A stretch of 64,000 bases of DNA from Macrostomum lignano (Eukaryota): positions 53,473 through 117,472 of the forward strand of contig NIVC01002664.1 in the NCBI GenBank assembly GCA_002269645.1, read 5' to 3'. Position 1 is the stretch's first letter. Each line of letters begins with the position of its first letter. This document shows, one piece after another, positions 34,640 to 47,319 of this stretch. A program made the translations under genes and the position numbers. Under the pieces are notes generated by a model. That model had not been told where the DNA came from, did not search any database, and saw only the letters and a program-made list of their open reading frames with translations.

Positions 34640-35160
34640 ACAATTGCGAATTGATTGGGGTCATTTGAGGACAACATGAACGGTCGTTTGTAAGGATAAT
34701 ATGGGAGGGGTCATTTGAGGGTACAATGGAGAGGTCATTCAAGGATACGATCAAGGGGTCATATGAGAACACGGACAAGGGGTCATATGAAAACACGACT
34801 AAGGGGTCATTTGAGAACACGGACAAGGGGTCATATGAAAACACGACCAAGGGGTCATTTGAGGATACAATGGAGAGGAGAGGACAATCAAAGGGGTCAT
34901 ATTAGGATATGGTGAAGGGGTCATATGAGGACACGGTGAAAGGGTCATGAGGACGCGGCCAAGGGGTCATATGAAGACGCGGCCAAGGGGTCATATGAAA
35001 ATATGGCCAAGGGGTCATCAATGGAGAGGTCATTCAAGGATACGATCAGGGGGTCATATGAGGACACGGCCAAGGGGTCAAATGATCGATGGAGACGTCA
35101 TTCAAGGACACGATCAAGGGGTCATATGAGGACACAGCGTCGGGGTCATGCAAGAACACG
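34640..35160 (+). repeat. Degenerate AGGGGTCATATGAGGACACG repeat
   Basis: Direct inspection. Confidence 0.8.
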
Positions 35161-35361
35161 CTAAAAGACAATAATAGATGCACTAAAGGCTGACACTCCA
35201 GTCAACAATGGATTTCTCAGGGCAGGACTCGAAGCCGATCAGAGAATCGACGCCAGGATCCGCGCGACATCAAACTTAACCGGGCCTGAGGAGAGAAAAT
35301 AACAACAAATACTTAACATTCTACTAAAAGCAACTGGTCAGCAAGCATTAGGATAATCTTT

Positions 35362-38300
35362 CTATATTATAATCCTATGGTTTTTCTTATGTAAGGTTGA
35401 ATTGCAATATTTGAAGGCCTTTACCGGATCAATGACGGCTTCGGGTTCGCCAGCGTCGCCAGATTCGCCGACTGGGGAGGCCGTGGCGGCGGGTGCCAGC
35501 CGGCGCTGCTTGGCGGCAGCAGAGCTGGCGGACTTTGCCCAGCTGAACATGATTGGACGCCACTTCAGGCCCAAACTGCGACTGTTGCCATTGTCAAAGT
35601 CGTTTGCATCGCCAGCTTCAGGGACGACGACTTCAGCGGCTGGCTCGTCGCCTCCGCCACCGCTGCTGCTGACTTGCTCGCTGGCTTGGCCGCCAGTTGC
35701 CGCTGTGGTCTTGGCCGAAGTCGTTGGCCAGCAGTTGCGCTTCGAACCGACGGCCGACTGGGTAAACTGCGATAAAGTCCGAAGACCACCGATCCGCTTA
35801 GCAACTAGCGACTGACGCTGATTCGAGCTGTCAATCATTCTAGCTCTGCTGCTGCTGTTAGAATCCTCCTCAGTTTTGGCCAAATCGCTAGCCAATAAGC
35901 CAACAGCTTGGCCAACAACAGTGTCCACAGCTGGAAAGACGTTGGACGATTCTGGCGGCGACTCTGGCCAGGTAGGCCCGAAACTCGGCTGTTGGAGCAG
36001 CAGCGATTCGCCTCGTGCGATGACCGACGCCAGCTCGGATTCGACCGAGCTCAATTCGCCCGCTATTAGCGACTCCATCGATTGCGTCACGTCTTGGATT
36101 GACTGGTCGGCTACGAAGGTGTCCGCCTCGGAGGATGTCGACACGCGACGGGGCTGAGTCTCAGACGCTGTGGTCGTTGGTGCTGCCCGAGGCTCCGACG
36201 CTGTAGTCGTTGGTGCTGATGGAGGCTCCGACGCTGTAGTCGCTGGTGCTGCCAGAGGTTCTGACGGTGTAGTCGTTGGTGCTGATGGAGGCTCCGGCGC
36301 TGTAGTCGTTGGTGCTGATGGAAGCTCCGACGCTGTAGTCGCTGGTGCTGCCAGAGGTTCCGACGGTGTAGTCGCTGGTGCTGCCAGAGGTTCCGACGGT
36401 GTAGTCGTTGGTGCTGATGGAGGCTCCGGCGCTGTAGTCGTTGGTGCTGATGGAAGCTCCGACGCTGTAGTCGCTGGTGCTGCCAGAGGTTCCGACGGTG
36501 TAGTCGTTCGTGCTGATGGAGGCTCCGGCGCTGTAGTCCTTGGTGCTGATGGAGGCTCCGGCGCTGTAGTCCTTGGTGCTGATGGAGGCTCCGACGGTGT
36601 AGTCGTTGGTGCTGATGGAGGCTCCGACGCTGTAGTCGTTGGTGCAGATGGAGGCTCCGACGCTATCGTTGGTGCTGCCGGAGGCTCCGACGCTATCGTT
36701 GGTGCTGGAGGGGGCGGAGGTGGCGGCGGCGGAAAAGAGGAAATTGATGGCGGCGGCGGAGGAGGATCTGAGTCCAGCCGAGATTCAAATCGAATAAGCA
36801 GCTTCAGCGAACGCGACACGTCCAAGTCTATCATCTCGTTTGATGACGGCGGCAGTGGTGGAGGCGGAGGGCGCGGCGGCCTTGGCAGCAAGGGGCGCAG
36901 CTGCCTCCGCCTGGCCTTGGTGTCGCCAACCGGCTGCACGGAGGCGTACTTCCGACACAAGCCGCACTGGCTGGGACTGACGACTGCCGCTCCCGCGTAG
37001 GGGACGAACTCGCGACTATCAGCTGGCGCAGCCGATCCCGACTGTGGATTGCTAGTGGACAAGTCGGCGACGCCGACACTGCAGGCGGCAATGACGGTGG
37101 ACAGTCGGCTGTAGGCATCGGCAAGGGCAGCTGGCACGGTGTACTCCTGACTGGGGTCGGTAGTGTCCAGACGCATCAGCGGATCGGGACATTCGCTGCT
37201 TGACGGCTGTTCCAGCAGGATGCAGGCTTCACCATTGCTGGCGTCCTTATCAACGGCGCCATTGCTATCCTCGCCGCCGATGACGTGTTCCGGACCTACT
37301 AAACTTAAAGCGCAGTCGTTAACAAGGTCGTCAACCACTTCTAGATTGTCCAGATCGATGCTGCAAGAGTCGTCCTCCTCGTCGTCTTGTACAGCGCCGC
37401 TGTTCTGTTCAATGCAGGACGGATCAACAGTCTCGCAGGCTTCGGTAAAATCTTGTTGACTGTCCGGTTCCGGGCGGTCGGCCTCCGCCTGCTCATCGGC
37501 TTTACGGGTGTCGGGTGTTGGGTCAGTTGCTAACAAACTAGCGTTCCGGTCCGCGCCCAAATCAATGACAATATTGCGGCAGAACAGGCCGGAAGCAGGG
37601 TACAGGACTTCCTCGGATTTCTGCTGCTGCTGGCGGCGGTCTGTTGAAGTGGTGTCAGAGCATTATTTACGGTTCTTGAATGGGATCGAAGGGCGATTCT
37701 TGAATGGGATCGAAGGGCGATTCTTAAATGAGATCGAAGGGCGATTCTTCAATGAGATCGAAGGGCGATTCTTGAATGAGATCGAAGGGCGATTCTTAAA
37801 TGAGATCGAAGGGCGATTCTTGAATGAGATCGAAGGGCGATTCTTGAATGAGATCGAAGGGCGATTCTTCAATGAGATCGAAGGGCGATTCTTAAATGAG
37901 ATCGAAGGGCGATTCTTCAATGAGATCGAAGGGCGATTCTTCAATGAAATCGAAGGGCGATTCTTCAATGAGATCGAAGGGCGATTCTTCAATGAGATCG
38001 AAGGGCGATTCTTAAGTCAGATCGAAGGGCGATTCTTCAATGAGATCGAAGGGCGATTCTTCAATGAGATCGAAGGGCGATTCTTGAATGAGATCGAAGG
38101 GCGATTCTTAAATGAGATCGAAGGGCGATTCTTGAATGAGATCGAAGGGCGATTCTTAAATGAGATCGAAGGGCGATTCTTAAATGAGATCGAAGGGCGA
38201 TTCTTCAATGAGATCGAAGGGCGATTCTTCAATGAGATCGAAGGGCGATTCTTCAATGAGATCGAAGGGCGATTCTTAAATGAAATCGAAGGGCGATTCT

Positions 38301-41300
38301 TCAATGAGATCGAAGGGCGATTCTTCAATGAAATCGAAGGGCGATTCTTCAATGAGATCGAAGGGCGATTCTTAAATCAGATCGAAGGGCGATTCTTGAA
38401 TGAGATCGAAGGGCGATTCTTCAATGAGATTGAAGGGCGATTCTTGAATGAGATCGAAGGGCGATTCTTAAATGAGATCGAAGGGCGATTCTTGAATGAG
38501 ATCGAAGGGCGATTCTTAAATGAGATCGAAGGGCGATTCTTGAATGAAATCGAAGGGCGATTCTTAAATGAGATCGAAGGGCGATTCTTAAATGAGATCG
38601 AAGGGCGATTCTTAAATGAGATCGAAGGGCGATTCTTGAATGAGATCGAAGGGCGATTCTTCAATGAGATCGAAGGGCGATTCTTCAATGAGATCGAAGG
38701 GCGATTCTTAAATGAGATCGAAGGGCGATTCTTCAATGAGATCGAAGGGCGATTCTTCAATGAAATCGAAGGGCGATTCTTCAATGAGATCGAAGGGCGA
38801 TTCTTCAATGAGATCGAAGGGCGATTCTTAAATCAGATCGAAGGGCGATTCTTGAATGAGATCGAAGGGCGATTCTTCAATGAGATCGAAGGCCGATTCT
38901 TGAATGAGATCGAAGGGCGATTCTTAAATGAGATCGAAGGGCGATTCTTGAATGAGATCGAAGGGCGATTCTTAAATGAGATCGAAGGGCGATTCTTAAA
39001 TGAGATCGAAGGGCGATTCTTAAATGAGATCGAAGGGCGATTCTTCAATGAGATCGAAGGGCGATTCTTGAATGAGATCGAAGGGCGATTCTTAAATGAA
39101 ATCGAAGGGCGATTCTTCAATGGGATCGAAGGGCGATTCTTCAATGAGATCGAAGGGCGATTCTTAAATGAGATCGAAGGGCGATTCTTAAATGAGATCG
39201 AAGGGCGATTCTTAAATGAGATCGAAGGGCGATTCTTCAATGAGATCGAAGGGCGATTCTTAAATGAAATCGAAGGGCGATTCTTCAATGAGATCGAAGG
39301 GCGATTCTTCAATGAGATCGAAGGGCGATTCTTAAATGAGATCGAAGGGCGATTCTTCAAGGAGATCGATTCCTAATGAAGATTGAATCAAATTGCTGGA
39401 GTTCATTAAGGGGTCATGCAAGGACACAAAGGGTGATTATTAAAAGATACTGAATGAATTTGTTGTACCTTCCGTTTCGCTCCCGCTGCAACTGCTGATG
39501 GAAGCGGGCGCGCTCCTCTTTCTAGAAACTTTCGTGTTGGCCTCCAGCGCGTCCAGGTAGCGCGCCAATGCCAGCCGGACGAACTGGCGCATATCCTTGT
39601 CGCCGCTGGCAGTCTCCACAACGCTGGATTGCCCGTCCAGCCCGTTAGAACTGGAAGCTACGCCCGCGTCAGCGAGGCAGCGCAGATACCAGCGCCGGCT
39701 GCTCGTCCAAACCGCGCGTGGGCCCTCTGGATTGAGTAGGTTGGAGGACTATGCAATGTGATGTGATGTCTACTATACATTGCTTAGGGTGGCGTGAAGC
39801 TTTGAACAGAGCCTAAGGCGGATAGGTGACCATAGAAAGCATTGTGCACCATTGGAGACACCTGTGTCTGAGCTGGGGTCTTGACCCTAGAGTGTCTGAG
39901 CTGGGGTCTTGACCCTAGAGTGTCTGAGCTGGGGTGTTGACCCTAGAGTGTCTGAGCTGGGGTCTTGACCCTAGACAGTGTCTGAGCTGGGGTCTCGACC
40001 CTAGAGTGTCTGAGCTGGGGTCTCGACCCTAGAGTGTCTGAGCTGGGGTCTTGACCCTAGACAGTGTCTGAGCTGGGGTTTCGACCCTAGACATTGTGTC
40101 TGAGCTGGGGTCTTGACCCTAGACAGTGTCTGAGCTGGGGTCTTGACCCTAGACATTGTGTCTGAGCTGGGGTTTCGACCCTAGACATTGTGTCTGAGCT
40201 GGGGTCTTGACCCTAGACAGTGTCTGAGCTGGGGTTTCGACCCTAGACATTGTGTCTGAGCTGGGGTCTTGACCCTAGACAGTGTCTGAGCTGGGGTCTT
40301 GACCCTAGACAGTGTCTGAGCTGGGGTCTCGGCCCTAGACAGTGTCTGAGCTGGGGTCTCGACCCTAGACAGTGTCTGAGCTGGGGTCTCGACCCTAGAC
40401 AGTGTCTGAGCTGGGGTCTCGACCCTAGACAGTGTCTGAGCTGGGGTCTTGACCCTAGACAGTGTCTGAGCTGGGGTCTCGGCCCTAGACAGTGTCTGAG
40501 CTGGGGTCTCGACCCTAGACAGTGTCTGAGCTGGGGTCTCGACCCTAGACAGTGTCTGAGCTGGGGTCTCGACCCTAGACAGTGTCTGAGCTGGGGTCTC
40601 GACCCTAGACAGTGTCTGAGCTGGGGTCTTGACCCTAGACAGTGTCTGAGCTGGGGTCTTGACCCTAGAGTGTCTGAGCTGGGGTCTCGACCCTAGACAG
40701 TGTCTGAGCTGGGGTTTCGACCCTAGACATTGTGTCTGAGGTGGGGTTATGTCAAAAAACAGAACCCAAAATGGGCCATGATTTTAAAAGCATATCTAAG
40801 GTGGAGTTATATGACCCTAAAAGCGACATTAAGGGCTGACTAAAAGCAGTGACAACCACGCGCCCACAGAAATTCAAGCAGGCTTATAGAATGAGTTTGT
40901 GAAGTATGCAAAAACACTACTTCTAAACAGTAGTATAATGCAGATATACCCGCCATCGATTGGTGATAAAAATTTAGTTACAGACTGATAACTACTGGGT
41001 TCGGGATGACTCACAAATAACCGGCAAACGGGACTAAAAATGGATTAAAGACATACCTCAGCTGTTGCATATTCAATGCCTTAAAATATATTAGATATTC
41101 ACCTCATCAATAGTAATGATTTCTGCTGGACCTGGACAACAAGGAGAAAGCGTTAAACACTGAACAATCCGAGTAAAAAGATACAAGTAAAAAGGTGTCG
41201 AATACTAAAAGATGTCGACGATTTAAGTTAACGTTAGCGTTTGGGCTAGGGTTGACAGTCAAATGTCACTGACAGTCAATTGTCACCTTGGCAGTTAATT

Positions 41301-42438
41301 GTCACTGACAGTTGTCACCCTGACAGTCAATTGTCACTGACAGTTAATTTTCAGTGACAGTTGTCACCCTGACAGCCAATTGTCACGCTTCAAAAGTCAC
41401 TGACATTTAAATGTTACTGACAGTTATTTGTCACCCTGACAGTCAATTGTCACTGACAGTCAATTGTCACTGACAGTCAATTGTCACTGACACTGACAAT
41501 CAATTGTCTCTGACAGTCAATTGTCACTGACATTCAAACGTCACTGACAGTTATTTGTCACCCTGACAGTCAAATGTCACTGACAGTCGATTGTCACCCT
41601 GACAGTCAAATGTCACCTTGACAGTAAAATAAATTACCACTGACATTCAAATGTCACTGACAGTCAAATGTCACTGACATCGTCCTGACAGTCAATTGTC
41701 ACTGACAGTGAAATTGCCTTAAACCCGAATGAAAATCTTCTAGAAGATAAAAACTTCCCAGAAAGCCCAGCTCACCGTGCTGATTGGCAGCAGACAGCCA
41801 GAGATTAATTAGCAGATCGGACACGGAGCACAGCAGCGAATAGGTGGAATCTGGCAGCGCGCTCAACAGGCCTGGGGCGGACACTGGGGACTCAGCAGAA
41901 AAGGAGGAGGCGGAGGCGGCAGCGGCGGCGAACTGAGACCGTCGAGCCCGGGCGCAGTTGAGGCGGGATAGCCGACCGGGACTGTCTAACAGGCTGCCAC
42001 CAGCAGGTATCTCCCCGGCTGACAAAAATGCGAAAAAAGTATTAAATAAACTTCACAATAGCAATTCAGTCCGCTCAAGGTTTATGTCTCTTCTCAGCTC
42101 TCTTCTGTTTTCTCCTCTCCCTCTATCTACTCTTCTCTCTTCTAGCCCGCAGTCATGCGCTAGGTTTCCCGACCCGATTCAGTAGATAGGCACTCTAATT
42201 TCCTGTCATTGGAGCTACTCACATTGATATTTCTGCATTGCCGCAGTCAGTTCAACGCTAAGGCAATGTTCGAGGCCTCTTAACTCGGCTGGGAGGCCGG
42301 CTCTAGCTGACTCATCTCCTGTATCTGCGCTGTCAGATGCGCCAATGGTAGACGCAACGGCGGCAAAACGACGACGCAATCGGCGTAATATTTGTTCGGC
42401 ATCTTCGCAGGTTCGACAGGACAGAGACATTAGCCAGG
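35362..42438 (-). CDS. Unidentified multi-exon protein, 5' exon(s) not found (exons 42438-42223, 42018-41776, 39726-39469, 37640-35362); helical N-part, acidic/Pro/Thr-rich C-part with 13-aa repeats
   Basis: Three GT-AG introns, all phase 1, give one continuous frame (..AMQKYQ/SGEIP..ANQH/EGPRAVW..SETE/DRRQQQQK..). The terminal exon is open for more than 750 codons. Confidence 0.7.
37665..39365 (+). repeat. 24-bp minisatellite (TTCAATGAGATCGAAGGGCGATTC), about 70 units, intronic
   Basis: Direct inspection; source of the FNEIEGRF pseudo-ORF. Confidence 0.97.
39865..40742 (+). repeat. about 30-bp minisatellite (TGTCTGAGCTGGGGTCTCGACCCTAGACAG)
   Basis: Direct inspection. Confidence 0.95.
41250..41712 (+). 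repeat. Degenerate 17-bp quasi-palindromic repeat (TGACAGTCAATTGTCAC)
   Basis: Direct inspection. Confidence 0.85.
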
Positions 42439-42529
42439 CTGCGGTGAGGGAGCACGTGTAGGAAATGCTTGGGGCCTAGTTAGATGCTTTTGTGAATGTT
42501 TCTTTTTATTTATTACCTAATTCTCTTCA

Positions 42530-42960
42530 TCGGTGCTTCAGTAGCCGCTAATCCCTCACTCTGATGCTTCAGTAGCCGCTAATCCCTCACTCAGATGCTT
42601 CAGCAGCCGCTAATCCCTCACTCTGATGCTTCAGCAGCTGCTAATCCCTCACTCTGATGCTTCAGTAGCCGCTAATCCCTCACTCTGATGCTTCAGTAGC
42701 CGCTAATCCCTCACTCTGATGCTTCAGTAGCCGCTAATCCCTCACTCTGATGCTTCAGTAGCCGCTAATCCCTCACTCAGATGCTTCAGTAGCCGCTAAT
42801 CCCTCACTCTGATGCTTCAGCAGCCGCTAATCCCTCACTCTGATGCTTCAGCAGCCGCTAATCCCTCACTCTGATGCTTCAGCAGCCGCTAATCCCTCAG
42901 TCTGATGCTACACTAGTTGCTAATCCCTTATTTTGCTGCTTCACTACTCGCTAATCCCTC
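42530..42960 (+). repeat. 31-bp minisatellite (TGATGCTTCAGTAGCCGCTAATCCCTCACTC)
   Basis: Direct inspection. Confidence 0.93.
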
Positions 42961-43362
42961 AATCGCTTAGCATATTCATAAATCATAATATCAACTTACG
43001 AACAGATGCTGGCCATTCAAATCTTCGCATTCGATTTAAACATTTTGCCTGCGATTTAGTCAAATTAGCCAATAGCTCGGATAGGCAGTCTGCAGGCATT
43101 CAAAGGAATTAAAGGTGCGCAGGTTAGAACAGACACATTTAAACATTGTCTAGGCATCTGGTTTATTAGAGTAGTACAGTTTACTAACCTTCAAATTCAA
43201 TTTGTTGCGATGGTTGCAGTCCTGATAGAGATGACAGCCTACCTTCACCACTTTCATCAGCTTGTTTAGCTGTCAAATTGTCATCTGATTCAGTCATGAC
43301 TGCAGGCTGATTATTGACATGCTTCCCTGCACTGTTGAATTAAATCTACAGCAAAGTGCACG

Positions 43363-45032
43363 AATGATATCCTTTGAATTTTAATTAAGTTTTTCAATGT
43401 TTGGTCTTGTTATAATTTTTTGTTTATGAATATATATGTATAACAATTATTATACAATGTTGAACTGGTATGTTATAGTAAGGCCCATTTTTGGGATAAA
43501 TTTTTTTTGAGATAAGCAGTTTTTTATTGTTTACTACTATGAGTAGTTGGCTATTTATATTTCTAACATGCTATATAAAGGTACTTGATTGTAATAAGAA
43601 AAGTTAACCTTAGGGCTAGAAAGTCAATTGTTACTGACAATAAAATGTCAGATTTCAAATAAAATATAGGTTCTTGACCCTAGATAGTGTCTAAGCTAAG
43701 CTAGGGTCCTAGATCAAATAATATTTGCCATTCAATAACTAAGACTTGAAAGACCATTAAAATTATTGATTTGGTAGATAGGAGTAGAACAATAGAAGTG
43801 AAAGTAAATAAATATTGCCTATTTGAAAGCTATAATGAGAGGAACTATAATTCTTTAAGGTTGGAATACTTAAGCTACCAAGGTTTTTTATGTTAGATTT
43901 TATTACAAAGATAATAAGAGCTATAGTTCAGATGAATGTTTTCATTTTAAATCAAAAGGATCTCTAAAGTCCTAGGATCAAGAATTCAAGCAATAAGATT
44001 TTAATGAGATACAGTTATAATAAAAATTGTTTTAGATAAAAAGCCTATGATTATAAGATTGATTATTTGCTCTGAGTCTTATTGACCATAGTAAATTAGG
44101 AATTTATTCATCTTTTGTGTCTGTTATCACTAGCTTTAATATCATTAAAAGTTATAGGAAGATATAGAAAATTTAATAACTATAGATGTAGATATAGTCT
44201 TTAGATATTAATATTAGATTTCAGTAATAGGAAAAGTTAGATATGGCTATAGACACATATAAATAAATTCCAGTTATGAGCTATAGTAAAACTTTGCCTT
44301 TCAAATACTAATACAAAATATAATATATAATGCATTCATATATATATAATAGTAACACCCTGATTTACACTGGCCATACAACTTACTTTTTGACAAAAAT
44401 TGTGACTTACCTATAAAAAAACCTAAGGTAAGCAAAAATTAATATAATTTTGGATGAATAATAAGAAAAGGTCTAACTAGCCTACTATGACTATATTATT
44501 AAAGCTAAATGTTTAATCATCTAATAAGTACTACATCTATACTTTTTGGGTGGGAATTTTTGTAACTTACCTTGGCAAGGGGCTGGGCCCCTTGTCAGCT
44601 AGCTAGATTGGCTAGGTTGGCTGGGTATTATGTATGTATGATATAGCCTAGGCCTAACCTATATTAAACTAGCTATCATTATCAAAGTCTTTAGATATAA
44701 ACCCTATATAAAGTATTCTAAGAAAGACTATAAAATAGAATTTTATAAAAGGTACCTTATACAAAATAATTGAATTAACATTAACAACTGGCAATTTCAA
44801 ACAAATGCATGATAAAAACTGTCCAAAGAGTTAGGCCTAATTAAGTAGCTAGGGCCTAATTTAATTATCATAATACCAAAATGAGTCTGAGCTGAGTGGT
44901 AATAATTTTGTATGCTCTTAGTTTCTATATCTATACTATATAACTACAACAAACACTAAAGACATTGCCTTAGCCTAACTTTTATACCAGTTAATTTAAT
45001 TAAATAATATCAAACAAAATGCATAGTTTATA
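43363..45032. other. CpG-free, TpA-rich zone
   Basis: Manual scan found no CG dinucleotide between 43362 and 45033. Confidence 0.9.
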
Positions 45033-47319
45033 CGTTTAAACTCAGATAATACTGTTCAATATGCCTAGTCTATCGATAGGACTGCACTGCCATGGTGGCC
45101 CACTGCCATTACTCAGTATGTTTAACTAATAGAAAAAATAAAAAAAAATCTGTGGATTTAAATTTTCTCTTCAAAATTTCCACGCCGACGATTTCGTATG
45201 TTACGTGGCCCATATTGAGATAAATAGTTAGGTAAAAACAAATATTTGGGCTAAGTGCTTAGAAATATGCATTGCCACGCCAATACAGGATTAATTTTTA
45301 AAGGAGTGGCTTTCACTCTAGCAGCTTAGTATTGTCTGTATATTAATATTTTCTTGTAAAGGACTAAATATTTTATTATTTCTTGCGCCATTAGTCATGG
45401 CCAACTATATTTACATGTAAATTCCGTGCTTGATCTCAGTTTTAAAAGCTTTAAAAGCTGCATAAAATAAAAAACGCAACAGTTTTAGTCCCTAGCTCTT
45501 ATGCATCTTATTTAAATCCCATAAGGAGGAAAACCAATGATATAGGCCTATTGCTCGCTTTACGACCAAATTTGCACAAATACAGCGACGACGTTAAAAG
45601 ACTTGGTACAACTTTTACTTCTTGGTCATTTTTCTCAATATCGCTGTATTACTGTTTGAGTTATATTTTAATGTCGCTTAAATAAAATTGTAAGCGCTAG
45701 TACAATTTTATCTAAACAGCAACCTCGTAGAGTCCACATTAGAAACTTGTAACAAATAACAAATGGAACAAATCACTTTCTCAGAGTTCGATTCTTTAAA
45801 AAGCCCGGAATCCGCATCATTAAACAAAGCCAACTCTTTTGCTAAAAAGATTAACCAGAAATTTAAACGTAGGACATACTTTTTACAAAAAAACTTAAAA
45901 ATTAAAAAAATGCTTGTAATTAGAAACGAAAAGAAAAATGACGACACTGTGGCGATCTGCAAATTTCACACACGCGCAACTTTAATCATGATAATCCAAT
46001 ATACTAAACTCTATATCTATTTACTATTAAAGAGTTAAAATGTTTTGATACTCTGCAGGACCATAGAATGCACTTTTTGTATGGGCAGTCATACCAGTTA
46101 TGCAAATTTGGATTTTTAATTGTACTGTTATGTATATTTACTTTATGCCATGTAAATTTGCTGGTTGTTTTTGACTCTTGCTTTAGCCGTGCTGGCTCAC
46201 CAGTACTTGTTTCTGAAGCTACTGCTGATATGAAATGGCTGAAACTTTTATGAGACCATAAACTGATATGTTAAATGTTGTAGTATGGCTGGCTACATTT
46301 TAAAAGTTTAACAGTTAGTTTTACTATACCTGCATGATTACCATTTTTATTATTATAAAAGTGTGCAGTTCTGTATTCAAATTTTACATCCTCTTTCATT
46401 TATTTTCTCAGTTGTGAAGCTTGAAGTATTGTCCACTGGCTACACTTGCCACAGTTTTAAAAACAAGTGTGCTATTTTAAGATTTTTATTTCAAAATGAA
46501 TTTTCATAGTACTTCAGAATATATACACAGTTTGACATAGTTTATACCCTTAATGGTATATATTGAAACATATGAGTATATTGCATAATTTATATGCTTT
46601 GGCATGGTTTGGCAATTTTAAAATTATTAATATTATTGCAATTATTGCAATTATTGCAATTTTGCAATTTTTGCAAAATTTGACTGCTACACTTGCCAGG
46701 CTATGTGGCGCCAAAGAGAGTGCCACACTTCCTTAAATTAATTAACAATTTTAAAATTAATTAATGAGTTGAGCATTGAGTATTTAGTTTTTTCAATGTT
46801 TGTATGCTTTAAAACTATCATTTTTCAATAGAGTATATATTCAAAAGCAATTTAATTTTGATAAATTATTTTAAACTGAAATTTTCATGTTTTGATACTT
46901 AAAAGCTATAATACTGTATTATAACATTAATTTGGTTATTGCTTACCATGCTTTTCGAATAAAAATGCTTCTTAGACACCATATAAACTTATTTGATTTT
47001 ATAAATTTTAAATTTTCGAATATTTTAATAACTACTGATAGTTAAATGTTCAATCTTTTCTTACTAAATAAAAATGCACAGGCTCCCTAACTAAGACAGA
47101 TTGTTTTCGCATGACCTAAATGACAATTAATACAGTTTTGCAATATTCACTATTATTAATTTCCCTCTATAACAATGGAAATACTCGTTTTTTTAATCTT
47201 TTTTCATTGAATATTTACTTAAGCTTACTGCATCTGATAACATAATATTATTTAGCCTAAAAGTAATACAAATTATTTAACTCTGTGTAATATTTTACTC
47301 GTTTGCTCACACATTTAAG

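Noticed and set aside
37508-39376. 622-aa FNEIEGRF ORF
   Set aside because: Stop-free frame of a 24-bp repeat lying in an intron of the opposite-strand gene.
44563-44585. U1 snRNA-like start (ACTTACCTTGGCAAGGGG)
   Set aside because: Similarity ends after about 18 nt; better explained as a minus-strand splice-donor-like sequence or chance.
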